From NCBI RefSeq assembly GCF_009914755.1, contig NC_060947.1: 64,000 nt of DNA; one strand, given 5' to 3'. Both the position numbers and the translations under genes were made by a program. Source of the DNA: the human T2T-CHM13v2.0 reference genome, Homo sapiens. Positions 19,084-34,473 of the stretch are shown here, in pieces. Under the pieces are notes generated by a model. That model saw nothing but the letters and a program-made list of their open reading frames with translations. It searched no databases and had not been told where the DNA came from. Each line of letters opens with the position of its first letter. Within the stretch, counting starts at the first letter, position 1.

Positions 19084-20851
19084 TGGTTTTTAATTTTTTA
19101 ACTTCCTATGGATTCTGGATATTAGACCTTTGTCAGATGCATAGTTTGCAAATATTTTTTCCCACTCTGTAGGTTGTCTGTTTACTCTGTTGATAGTTTT
19201 ACTGTGCAAATGCTCCTTAGTTTAATTAGTCCCATTTGTCAAATTTTATTTTTGTTGCAATTGCTTTTGGCATTTTTGTTGTGAAATCTTTGCCACCGCC
19301 TATATCTAGAATGGTACTCCCTAGGTTTTCTTCAAGGCTTTTTATAGTTGTAGGTTTTACATTTAAGTCTTTAATCCATCTTGAGTTGATTTTTGTATAT
19401 GGTGGAAGGTAGGGATCTAGTTTCAATCTTCTACCTGTGGTTAGCCAGTTATCCCAGCACCATTTATTGAATAGGTTGTCCTTTCCCCATTGCTTGTTAT
19501 TGTTGACTTTGTTAAAGATCAGATGGTTATAGGTGTGCAGCTTTATTTCTGGGCACTCCATTCTGTTCCGTTAGACTATGTGTGTTTTTGTACCTGTACC
19601 ATGCTGTTTTGGTTACTGTAGCCTTGTAGTATAGTTTGAAGGTGAATAACGTGATACCTCTAGCTTTGTTCATTTTGCTTAGTATTGCTTTGGCTATTTG
19701 GGCTCCTTTCTGGTTCCATATGAATTTTCTAGAATAGTTTTTTCTAATTCTGTGAAGAATGTCATTGGTAGTTTGATAGGAATAGCACTGAATCTTTAAA
19801 TTGCTTTGGTTGGTATGGCCTTTTTAACAATATTGATTCTTCCTATCCATGAGAATGGAATGTTTTTCATTTGCTTGTGTCACCTCTGATTTCTTTGAGA
19901 AATGTTTTGTAATCCCCATTGTAGAGACCTTTCACCTCCATAGTTAGCTGTATTCCTAGGTATTTTACTCTTTTTTTGGCTATTGTGAGTAGGATTGAGT
20001 TCTTGATTTGGCTCTCAGCTTGGACTTTGTTGGTACATAGAAATGCTACTGATTTTTGTATTCTGAAACTTTGCCAAAGTTGTTTACTAAATCTAGGAGC
20101 TTTTGGGCTGAGACTTTGGGGTTTTCTACATATAGAATCATATCATCTGCAAATAGAAATAGTTTGACTTCCTCTCTTCCTATTTGGATGCCTTTTATTT
20201 CTTTCTCTTGCCTGATTGTTCGGGCTAGGACTGTCTGTACTATGTTGAACCAGAGTGGTGAGAGTGGGCATCCTTGTCTTCTGGTTCTCAAGGGGAATGC
20301 TTCCAGCTTTTACCCATTCAGTATGATTTTGGTTGTGGATTTGTCATAAATGGCTCTTATTATTTTGAGATACAGTTCTTCAATGCCTAGTTTGTTGAGG
20401 CTTTTTAACACGAAGTGATGTTGAATCTTACTGAAAGCTTTTTCTGCATCTATTGAGACGATCGTGTGGTTTTTGTTTTAGTTCGTTTTTGTGATGAATT
20501 GCATTAATTGATTTGTGTATGTTGAACCAACCTTGTATCCCAGGGATAAAGCATACTTGCTCATGGTGTGTTAGCATTTTGATGTGCTGCTAGATTTGGT
20601 TTGCTAGTAGTTTGTTGAGGATTTTTGCATCTGTTCTCCTCAAGGATATTGGCCTGAAGTTTTCTCTTTTTTTTGTTGTGTCTCTGCCAGTTATTGGTAG
20701 CAGAATGACACTGGCCTAAAAGAATGCGTTAAGGAGGAGTCATTTCTCCTCAATTTTTTGCAATAGTTTCAGTAGGAATGGTACCAGCTCTTCTTTATAT
20801 GTCTGGTAGAATTTGGCTGTGAATCCATCTGGTACTGGGCTTTTTATGATT

Positions 20852-20852
<1 letters not shown>

Positions 20853-20898
<46 letters not shown>
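20853..20898 (+). repeat. (GT)n dinucleotide microsatellite (~22 units) inside L1
   Basis: Read directly. Confidence 0.96.
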
Positions 20899-20900
<2 letters not shown>

Positions 20901-23900
20901 CTGATTCAATTTTAGAACTTGTTTTTGGTCTGTTCAGGGTTTCAATTTCTTCCTGGTCCAATCTTGGCAAGTTGTGTGTTTCCAGGAATTTATCATTTCT
21001 TCTAGGTTTTCTAGTTTGTGTACATAGAGGTGTTCATAGTAGTCTCTGAGGGTATTTTTTGTATTTCTGTGGGGTCAGTGGTAATGTCTCTTTGTCATTT
21101 CTGATTGTGTCTATTTGTATCGTCTCTTTTTTCTTTGTTAGTTTAGCTAGTGGTCTATCAGTCTTATTTATTCTTTTAAATAGCCAACTCATGGATTCAT
21201 TGATCTTTTGTATGGGTTTTCATGTCTTGATTTCATTCAGATCAGCTCTGATTTTGGTAATTTCTTGTCTTCTGCTAGCTTTGGGATTGGTTTGTTCTTG
21301 TTTTCCTAGTTCCTCTAGGTGTGATGTTAGGTTGTTAATTTCAGATCTTTCTAACTTTTTTATGTAAGCATTTATGCTGTAAACTTCCTTCTTAACACTG
21401 CTTTAACTGTGTACCAGAGATTCTGATATGTTGTATCTTTATTCTCATTAGTTTTAAATATTTCTTGATTTATTCCTTAGTTTCATTGCTTACCCAAAAG
21501 TCATTCAGGAGCAGATTGTTTAATTTTTATGTGATTATATGGTTTTGAGCAATCTTCTTAGTATTTATTTTCATTTTTATTATGCTATGGTCCAAAGAGT
21601 ATAGTTGTTATGATTTTGGGTTTTTTGAATTTGCTGAGGATTGTTTTATGTCTGATTGTGTGGTTAATTTTAGAGTATGTGCCATGTGCAGACGAGAAGA
21701 ATATGTTCTGTTGTTTTGGGGGGAAAAGTTCTGTAGATATCTGTTAGGTCCGTTTGGTCAAGTGTTGAGTTCAGGTCCCGAATATCTTTGTTAGTTTTCT
21801 GCCTTGATGATATGACTAATACTGTCAGTGGGGTGTTGAAGTCCCCCACTATTATTGTGTAGTTATCTAAGTCTCTTTATAGGCCTCTAAGAACCTGTTT
21901 CATGAATCTGAGTGCTCCTGTGTTGACTGCATATATATTTAAGATAGATGTCTTCTTGTTGACTTGAATCCTTTACCATTATATAATTCCTTTTTTGTTT
22001 TGTTTTGTTGTTGTTGTTGGCCTAAAGTCTGTTTTGTCTGAAATCAGAATAGCAAGCCCTGCTTTTTTCTGTTTTCCATTTGCTTGGTAGATTCTTCCTC
22101 AACCTTTTACTTTGAGCCTTTGGATGTCATTGCATGTGAGATAGGTCTCTTGAAGACATCATTCAGTTGCATCTCACTATCTTATCCAACTTGCCACTCT
22201 GTGCCTTTTAATTAGGGCAGTCTAGTTACATTCTGGTTAGCCTGTTTACATTCAAGGTTAATATTAATATGTGTAGATTTGATCCTGATATCATGTTGTT
22301 AGCTGATTATTATGCAAAACTGATTGTGTAGTTGCTTTATTGTGTCAATAGTCTATGTACTTAAGTGTGTTTTTGTAGTGGCTGATAATCGTCTTTCCTT
22401 TCCATATTTAGCACTCCTTTCAAGATCTCTTGTAAGGCAGATCTAATGAACATGAATTCCCTTAGCACTTGCTTGTCTGAGAAGGATCTTATTTCTCCTT
22501 TGCTTATGAAGCTTAGTTTGGCTGAATACGAAATTATTGGCTGGAGTTTCTTTTCTTTAAGAATGCTGAATATAGGCCTTCAATCTTTTTTGGCTTGTAG
22601 CATTTCTGCTGAATAGTACACTGTTAGGCTAATGGGATTTCCTTTTTAGGTGACCTGCTCCTTATCTCTAGCTGCCTTTAATATTTTTTCTTTCATGTTG
22701 ACCTTGGAGAATCTGATGACTGTGTGGCTTGGGGATGGTAATCTTATATAGTATCTTGCAGGGGTTCTCTGCATTTCCAGAATTTAATGTTGTCCTGTCT
22801 AGCAAAGTTGGGGAAATGTTCATTTATTTTTGTCTAAGTTAATTCAGAGAACCAGTCTTCGAGTTCTGAGATTCCTTCCTCAGCTTGGTCTATTCTGTTG
22901 TTAATGCTTGTGATAGTATTATGAAATTCTTGTAGTAAGTTTTTCAGCCCTATCAGATCAGTTTGATTCTTTCTTAAAATGGTCATTTTGTCTTTCACCT
23001 CTTGTATCCTTTTATTGTATTCCTTAGATTCCTTGGATTGGGTTTCAACATTCTCCTGAATCTCAATGATCTTCATTTCTATGTAGATTCTGAATTATAT
23101 GTCTGTCATTTCAGCCATTTCAGCCTGGCTAAGAACCACTGCTGGGGAACTAGTGCAGTTGTTTGGAGGTAAGGTGACACTCTGGTTTTTTGAGTTGCCA
23201 GAGTTCTTGTGCTGGTTCTTTCTCATCTGCGTGAGCTGATATTCCTTTAATCTCTGAAGTTGTTTTCCTTTGGATGGGTTTTTTTTTGTTTTTTTTTTTT
23301 TTTTTTTTTTTTTTGCTTTTATCTTCTTTGATGCCCTTGGGGGTTTGATTGTGGATTCAGTTGACTGGCTTTGATTTTGAAGATTTCAGATGGCCAAGGC
23401 TCACCTGAGCTCTCCTGAGATGAGTGTGCTACCTCTGCGGGGCTGGTACCAGACCCCCAGCTTTGTTCTCTGGGCCCTCGGGGCTAGGAACCTGCTCTGC
23501 CAGAGAGGCCAAGGTGTTCCCAGTCCACTGGCCTCAACACTACAATGGAGGTGCTAGCCAAAACACTTAGTCGGGGTGGTGGCGGTGGAATCCATGCTTG
23601 CTCGTGCATGCCAGCATCCGTGGCAGCGTGGCAGCATACACATGCATTGGCTCAGGCTGGGTGCTCGTAGGAGCCTTTACCTTAGTTTTCACAGGTGGTG
23701 TATACTGGCAGAATATTTTAGTGTTGTCTTTTGGGCTGCGATCCAGTAGGTGGCGCTTAAGAGTGTTAGCCAGCAGATAGCTTCTTGCTCTGCTGCATGG
23801 CTCCAGGGTAATGGTCTGTGAATGGGGACAGGGAGATGGCCCATTCACCTAGTCCACCCCTGGGCCTTGGAGGAACCCCTTCTGATTACTGGCTTCATGC

Positions 23901-25024
23901 CCGCATTTCTTTTGTTGGGTGCTCTGGTCCACAGGGCTCCCTCAGGTAGGAGCCACAGTTGGCAAACAGGTCTTATCCTTACTGGGTCGGCCCTGTGGAG
24001 GGAGGCACACACCACCCCTCTATCAAGCTGCGAACCTGGGTGTCTCATCTCTCAGTGATGCTTGGGCACCACCTAAGTCAGAAAGTCCCGCCCAACTGGG
24101 AGCTGCGGGAGTGAGTAGTGTCACCTAATCTGCTGTCCAAGTGCATCCTGAGGGTACCAGGGGTTGCAACTGCCAGCAGAGTTTAGGCAGAAGCTGGACC
24201 ACTGGACTGGAAGCTCTAACAGGCATTGCCCACCTGGCTACCAGTGGTGGAGCGTGGTGGGGTCACCTGCCCTGCCTGTTGGGTGTTTCCAGTGACAACA
24301 GGATGTTGCAGCCACTGGCTAAGTTCAGGCAGAAGCGGGACATCTGGGCTGGAAGCTCCAGCAGGTGTTGCTCGCCTGGCTACCAGTGACAGGAGCAGGT
24401 GGGGTCGTCCGCCCTGCCGTGTAGGTGTTTCATGGGACAACAGGAGGCTGCAGCCTCTGGCCGATTTCAGGCAGAAGCGGTAGTGCTGGGCTGGAAGCTG
24501 GCACCAAGCCTTGTCTGGTGAGGAGGGTGGACCAATCCTACTGCTCCCAGGCACCATGACTTTGGCCTCTATTGGGGCTGTGGCGCTGGTGTTGGTCTGT
24601 TCCAGGATCCGAGGCTTGTAGAGGTCCCCTTGGACTTAAGAGTTGCCTCTGCAAACCGTCTGGGTGGCTCTCTGCCTCAGTTTAGAGGTGAGGTGGGAGG
24701 ATGAGAGTGGCAAGTAGGGGGTTAGGGCAGGGGAATTCTCCCACTCCCAGCCTTACACAGATCCCCATGGAGAGTGTGAATTACCCTCTCCCGTATTGGG
24801 GAGCTTCTCCTGACTCCGCATTGATGCCAGATAGGCTGCTGCCCAGCTTCCCTCCTCTCTGCTCTCTGTGTCCCCTTGCTGCTTTGATGGTTCCCAGTGT
24901 GGTTTCTTAGATGATTGGCTTTTAGGGTCAGTGTTCACTAAACCCTTTGTTTCCCCTCCATAAGAGAGCAGCACCCATGATCTGCTTCTAGTTTGTCATA
25001 TTGGCCCCTCCCATGCTGGGCACC

Positions 25025-25325
25025 TTTTTTTTTTTTTTTTTTTTTTTTTTGAGACAGTCTCACTCTGTCGCCCAGGCTGGAATACAGTGGCATGATCTCG
25101 GCTCACTGCAACCTCTGCCTCCCGGGTTCAAGTGATTCTTGTGCCTCAGTCTCCTGAGTAGCTGCGATTATAGGCATACGCCACCACACCTGGCTAATTT
25201 TTGTATTTTTAGTAGAGACAGGGTTTCACCAAGTTGGCCAGGCTGGTCTTGAACTCCTGGCCTCAAGTGATCTGCCTGCCTTGGCCTCCCAAGTGCTGGG
25301 ATTACAGGCATGAGCCACCATTCCT
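25025..25325 (-). mobile_element. AluS element
   Basis: Long T tail. TSD TGCTGGGCAC on both sides. Confidence 0.94.
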
Positions 25326-26034
25326 CTGCTGGGCACTTTAAATGACTTCTGTATCCATGCTTAAATTATCCACTTCTCGATGATAGTCATTTGTGATTTC
25401 TTTCATCTCACTTGCCAGAAATGTGTCTATCTTATTGATTTTTTCAATAAACCAACTCTTAATTTTATTTACTGAGTCTACCGGGTTTTTTTAATTTTCT
25501 GTATTTCATCAATTCTAGCTTTTTTCTTTACCTTTGCTTTCAAATTTCTTAGATATCATAATGATTGTATCATTAGTCCTTCTTCTTCATGGAATAGGAT
25601 AAAAGTACATATTTTCTAAGCTTATTACTTCTTGGATTATGTTTTTTGGCATAGAGAGGGAATGTACATCTCCCAATGCCTTTGAAGTATTTAATAGCAA
25701 CCTCACATGATGACTAGATATGCTGCTTATGTGGCAAGAGAGGAATATATGGAATAGGACTTAGAATACTGTTACTTATATTTATAGACATTAAGTGGCT
25801 GTTCTTTGGCAGTGATTTCTGAGTATGAAGAGATGAATATCAAAGTACATATTAGAGTAGAATTGAACTAGTCTACTACTACTTTTTAAAAGGAAAAATA
25901 GATAATAACTTTATAATATAATAACTTATAATAACTTTTTATTATTCATTTAAGAAGTTAAAACACAAATATTTTCTTCTAGCAGAGAGAGACTCTAAGG
26001 TAATTCAAAGAGAATTTCTTTACTGCAATGTTAA

Positions 26035-26160
<126 letters not shown>

Positions 26161-26304
26161 TGAAAAATAATGCTTTTTTTTAGCAGAATTGTATCACAGC
26201 CATTCTAATTATTTTTATCTTTATTTTAGCAGACATGGTTTTTAAAATCTTCCAAAATTACTTTTTCTAATTAGTAACTTTCCTTTTTTATTTATTTTTA
26301 ATAG

Positions 26305-26583
<279 letters not shown>

Positions 26584-27304
26584 TAGAAATACTTAGTACT
26601 GCCTATTATTGCCAATTTAGTCAGATTATATCACCATGGGTTACAGTGTGTTTAGCTTTAGTAATAAATGGACCCTTTTCTGCATTTGTTGCTAAATCTA
26701 AGTATTTTGATATTATTTTCCCCAACCCTTTCAGAAAAGCAAGCTGTTAGATGTGAGTGTTTTAAGGGTTAACATAAGGAAGATAACGTCCCAATTTTCC
26801 CACACTCAGATGCATGGGTACTACCGAAGGACTTCCCCCACCCCACCGACCTCCCCGTAAAAATTCAACCACATAGCCTAGAAGAGTGGTAGATAAATAC
26901 CCAGCAAACATGTTGTACCTACAGATAGTCAAGATGTTGTACCTGTAGATATTGTTCATTTGCTTTTCCAGATACCCCAGCATGCTTTCTTATCAGGGAT
27001 CACCCCTTGAAGAACAGTTCTCTCCTGCACAGGCCTCATTCAAAAGAAAAGAGAAATCTGAGATTGGGGGGAAGGAGCTAGGAAAGAGAACATTTTACTT
27101 TTTTGATAAAGAGTATTTTGCTTATACAGTTATACACTTGAAGGAGAGCATCTGATTGACTAGGTGGTTGTTTAATTGTTAGCTTAAGTAACAGGTTTCT
27201 AAATCCTAATTTTTGACTAATGTCTATATCTTAATTAATCTTTGTTGCTGAAATTGATTGAATGTTCTTTAGATACATGATTATTTACAATTGAATTTTA
27301 TTGA

Positions 27305-27424
<120 letters not shown>

Positions 27425-27809
27425 TAGCAAGTATAATTACAAATTTTTTTAACAACTAAACTAATTTTCAACATGATATAAGATCGTTGCTTCACTGTGG
27501 CCCTCAAATTATATTATGACTACTTTTTGCTGATATAGATACAGTGATCTTCTATGGAAGAGATTCTGTGTAACATATGGGCCCACAAGTTTCCTTCCTG
27601 TTAGTAGTCAATTTAATGATAAGTAGTTTGTATATAAGAATCACATATCATTTGATTGTTGGTATAATGTTGAATTGTTGTTGTTGTCATTAGAGTGGAA
27701 ATTAACTTTAGACAAACTGCCAAACCTGCGAAATACTACAAATTATTCAGAAAAATGGGACAAGGAAGCAGGGATATTAAATATTTTAAAAAGGAAGCAC
27801 AATAAACGC

Positions 27810-28030
27810 TATCATTTATTAAGCACCTGCTCTGTCAAGACATTAACTTTACATGCATTTTTAAAATTTAATTCTCATAATATCCATGATAGGTGGCATT
27901 ATCCTTCCAATTTTGATGATAAGGAAACTGAGAGCTGGAAAGATAAAAATTTGCCAAAGATCACATCGCTAATAAATTGCATAGCAAACTGAAGTCTGAC
28001 TCCAAAGCTCACATTTCTTTATATTCTTCC
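27810..28030. mobile_element. MIR
   Basis: MIR core 'ttttgatgataaggaaactgagagc...aatttgccaaagatcaca'. Confidence 0.7.
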
Positions 28031-28904
28031 GTACTACCTCAAAATTACCACACCATTCAGTTTACTTGTTTTTCCCACTGACCTGAAGAGGATGCCTTGC
28101 CAAAGCCTGATCCCTACTTTGTGAAAACAGTCTTAGGCTTTAAACTGAAGGAGCATTGCAAAAAGTACCTTTTAGCCGAGATGGGGTAGTTCACAAAAAC
28201 AAACAGCACCTCATAATTTGTTTAAAGCTACACCTGGGATCCCTTTTCAGCTTTTCTCAGGATAGCCGGGAAACATTCTTTACCACACCAACAAGGTAAA
28301 GGCCATCTTTAACCCTTCACACACTCAAATCACAAACACATCATTAAAAGCAAAAGACAAATCACCTAAAAATTTAATTATAAAAGGAGTTTCCATTGTC
28401 AAATCAGGCTACTGTTAGAATGTTTAATATTGTCATCAACTATGCTTTTAACAGAGGGATAAAAAAATAGGAAAAACATTATGTACCTGTTAAAGCACAA
28501 GTAGGAAGTAAACCAAAGCACCCAACTTTCTGTTTTCCTTATTATTGAGGATGTTTTTTAAATGGCTGAGGTCACATTTTCAGAGATTTCTAAATGCCAG
28601 ATTTAAACAATTTCAACTTTTAATAGCTCTTGGAAAACCATTAAAAAAACAAGTAGGAAAAAAATAGAACTCAAAATGATCAACTACTTCTTGTATTTAC
28701 TATATTTTATATATATTACATATATTACAGTATAATTACTATATATTACAGTAGAGTAGAACCACTTCTGTATTTCTTCACTTACATCTTTCTTATACAG
28801 AAACTCTTTAACACCCAGTTCCCAGATATACCTGACCCATTATGAACCTCATCTCTGCCCCTGGTTGTTAATAAATGTAATTTGGGTTATTTATATGTTT
28901 TCAG

Positions 28905-28988
28905 CTTACACTGAAGTGAAATCTAAGGATGCTTCAAAAGGAGATGAACTTTCCAAGGAAGAATTACTTTATTTCAGTCAGCTGCATG
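28905..28988 (+). CDS. TBC1D8B: TBC1D8B coding exon ([27 protein letters not shown])
   Basis: tttcag|CT and CATG|gtaaat. 84 nt. Confidence 0.9.
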
Positions 28989-29996
28989 GTAAATACCTGT
29001 TTAAAATGTTAACTGTTTTGATGATTAGCCACCCATAAAGATCTTGCTGACTTAGATATACTTTACCCAACTAAAATTGGGCTTCATTTTAACTTATACT
29101 TCTTTTGTATTACCACAGCACTTAGCATGGTCCATAAATGTTTGACCGGTTAACCAAATTGCATTTTGGTGCTTTGATTTGTGGAATTTCTTGCTTATTG
29201 GAGACTCAATAATGTATTTTGTTTCTACTTACGTTGCAGAAATTTCTAAAATGTATTAGACCATTTTCATGCCTTGATAAAATACAATAGAATCTTTGAT
29301 GATTAAAGGCCATAGCTATTTTTCAAACAGTGAATACTTATTATAAATCACTGTAGGTGTAGGAGACAGGGATGAGTCTGTCTCCAAGACAAAATTTAAA
29401 GTGATATGAGTTTATTTTTGTGTCCTTTAGTTTATTTTCATAAATATTCAATGTCCTATAGAGGGATGAACCCTGATTAATGTATATTTGTGGTTATTAT
29501 ATGTTAAAGTGTTTGAACATTAAGTTTGAAGGGACCTTACAAATCATCTAGTCAAGTCTCTTCCTTTTATAGATAAAGGCACTAAGGCCCAGAGAGAAGT
29601 GACTTGTGCAAGGTTTCACAGTGAGTTGTTGCCACAGTCAGGGCTTTGTAGCACACTCTTCTGACGTCCAGTATGTGCTTTTTTTCTCCTGATAATAAAA
29701 GTAATATAACTTTATTTAAAGAAAGTCACAAAGAAGAAAATACCACCCAGAAATAAATACTTAATATTTGGTATGCTTCCTTCTAAGATTTTTTAAAATA
29801 CGGATTTTCCCCCAATGTTCTTTTTACTGTGAAAGTTTTGGAATATTTTGTCTTCTGATGATAGGTCAAGTCAGCTAAAATTTGTTTGCAGAATTGAATA
29901 AAATAATGTGCTTATACGTCTATATGAAACATTATTTTGCTTTCAAAGAGTATTTGTTAAACATCTTACAGAATGCAATTACATCTTTTCTTATAG

Positions 29997-30053
29997 TTTC
30001 CAAGCCTGCAAATGAGAAGGAAGCAGAATCAGCAAAACACAGCCCTGAAAAAG
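29997..30053 (+). CDS. TBC1D8B: TBC1D8B coding exon (SKPANEKEAESAKHSPEK)
   Basis: ttatag|TT and AAAG|gtacta. 57 nt. Confidence 0.9.
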
Positions 30054-30522
30054 GTACTATGATCTAGGAGTTATCATTTAATTTATTTAGTTATTTTTAT
30101 GTAAATAAGGATAGCTACAAAGGGGGAAAAGGTGGATTCCTTTTAAAGGCTATTGATGTCTCAGAAATTATAGAAAATATGATAGTAAATGACCCATATT
30201 CATTTAATTTTATTATTTTTAAAAGATTTGTTTTTAATTACAAAAGTAATAGATAATTCTTAGAAAAGAAATTCAGACAGTACATAAGTCCTTTTGTCTT
30301 CACTCAACCCTACCCGAAAACATTTTTGTCTATATCCTTTTCAGATCTATTCCTATGTATACACAATATATGCAGACATCTCTCTTTTTTAAAAAAATAT
30401 TCCATAAGTACTGTTTTATAATTTCCTTTTTGGATTTTGCAGTATATCATGGACATCTTTTAATGTCAGTACATTTGTATCTTAAACTCTTTGAATGAAT
30501 AAGTAGTGTTTCAAATTTTTGA

Positions 30523-30879
<357 letters not shown>

Positions 30880-31227
30880 TAGAAGCTGTTTTAAACTTAA
30901 TAGTATACATGAGAATGACTACATAAAATTTGCATTATTAAGTCGGGGTGTATTGTTTTAATCTAAATATGTCCTTTCTCCCTCTCTCGCCACATATTCC
31001 CTAGTTCCCAACTTTCCTAAAGTAAACGTTTTAGTCTAAACAGAAATGGGAAAAGTATTCTGAGAGCCAGTGGGTGAAATGAAAGGTAATTTCAGATCAT
31101 TTCCTGGATTAAAAAAATGGGATCTTATATCTCAGTGAAATACCTTTTAATCATAATTATTATTTTTGAATTTTGGGAAAGTATAGTGGGCTGTTCCTTA
31201 TGAAATGGTTTTACTCCCTTTCTTCAG

Positions 31228-31325
31228 GCAAAGGGAAAATTGATATTCAAGCATATCTAAGTCAATGGCAAGATGAGCTTTTCAAAAAAGAAGAAAACAT
31301 TAAGGATTTACCAAGAATGAATCAG
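31228..31325 (+). CDS. TBC1D8B: TBC1D8B coding exon ([32 protein letters not shown])
   Basis: cttcag|GC and CAG|gtatag. 98 nt. Confidence 0.94.
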
Positions 31326-31964
31326 GTATAGCATTTTTAAAAAGAAAATTCTAAGTTCTTGCTTTTTTGTATGGATGTGGGTGTAACCTCTAAAATAGCT
31401 AACATGCTATTCCCAAAATAGTTAAATAATCTATCTATTAGCTCTCTAAGTTTCAGATGAGCATGGAAGAGTGGGAAGAAATTTTTTAATGATTTTTTTA
31501 TTTTTAACACTCAAATGTGTCCAGTGTTTCAGAGAATTCTTCTGCTGTGACATGTACCTATAGAAAAAAAGTATGTGTAGTATATTTCCAACTTTATTGG
31601 AAATGTTCATTTATTCAGTAAACATTTGTTTACTGTATACCAGATACCAAACCCAATGCTAGGTACTGGGAATGATAAATTACTGAGATGGGTCACACCC
31701 TGGTTCCTACTGATCTTATATCTGAACATAATTTTAAGTTCATCTCTTTCTTATACACTGCCTAATCAAAATATGTTCTTCTTTTTTTAATTAAAATCTG
31801 GTTAGTACAGATACTGAGGATCCCGAGAACTTTACCAAAATGAAAACTATCAAATAACTTCATATTTCTCAGTGGACTATATCATTTGACAATTGAATAA
31901 GTACTTTCTAAAATGAGTCAGTATGACATATTTATTCTAGAATTACTATAAATGAACAGTACTA

Positions 31965-32967
<1,003 letters not shown>

Positions 32968-32996
<29 letters not shown>
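32968..32996 (+). repeat. (TA)n microsatellite
   Basis: Read directly. Confidence 0.95.
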
Positions 32997-32998
<2 letters not shown>

Positions 32999-33193
32999 AA
33001 TTCAGGATTAAACATCTTAAACAATTCTTAAACAAAAGCCTATGATTCTAATGTCAGTGACTTTTCATTCCATGGAAGCAGGTCAAAGTGCAGCCTAATT
33101 TATGCATAATTTTAACTATATTTCTGTCCAGAATTCTTGTTCACCCTCTGAGGACAGCTTCAAAGGGACTTTGCCTAATTAGAAGTACCACCT

Positions 33194-33489
33194 GGCCAGG
33201 CGCAGTGGCTCATGCCTGTAATCTGAGTGCTTTGGGAGGCCAAAGTAGGAGAGGAGCACTTGAGGCTAGGAGTTTGAGATCAGCCCAGGCAACATAGTAA
33301 GATCCTGTCTCTACAAAAAATGTGAAAATTAGCCAGGCATGGTGGCATGTGCCTATAGTCCTAGCTACTTGGGAAGCTGAGGTGTGAGGATCACTTGAGC
33401 CCAGCAGTTGGAAGCTGCAGTGAGCTATGATTGCACCATGGTACTCAAGCCTGGACAACACAGCAAGGCCTTGTCTAAGGAAAAAAAAA
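33194..33489 (+). mobile_element. AluJ-like element
   Basis: Diverged dimer with A tail. Confidence 0.92.
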
Positions 33490-33572
33490 TAGCACCTAAC
33501 ATTTAAGTAATGCTGGCAGGCAAACAGTCCAGGAATTAGTCTGGATAAAATGTACTATTAGGCAATAAGTGA

Positions 33573-33962
<390 letters not shown>

Positions 33963-34077
33963 TAGGGTGAAGCTTCTATGGTACAAATCCTATATAGGAG
34001 ACTATTCACTTCTAAGTTCTCTTTATATTTGCTAAGTCTAATATTCAAACGTGATATTTTCAACTTGTGTCTTCTAG

Positions 34078-34473
<396 letters not shown>

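Larger units (their letters stand above)
17964..25010 (-). mobile_element. Near full-length older primate L1 (L1PA13-16-like), inactive, antisense
   Basis: 3' UTR; fragmented ORF2 ([12 protein letters not shown] at 20046..20291); ORF1 coiled-coil remnant (22834..23076); GC-rich 5' UTR ~23350-25010. Confidence 0.92.

Noticed and set aside
24170-24500. Regularly spaced repeats as a CRISPR-like array
   Set aside because: Whole units are homologous, with no unique spacers. They lie in an L1 5' UTR, in a mammalian genome with no cas genes.
26758-26772. TTAAGGGTTAA as a piggyBac terminus
   Set aside because: No matching opposite end and no resemblance to MER75/MER85 as I recall them.
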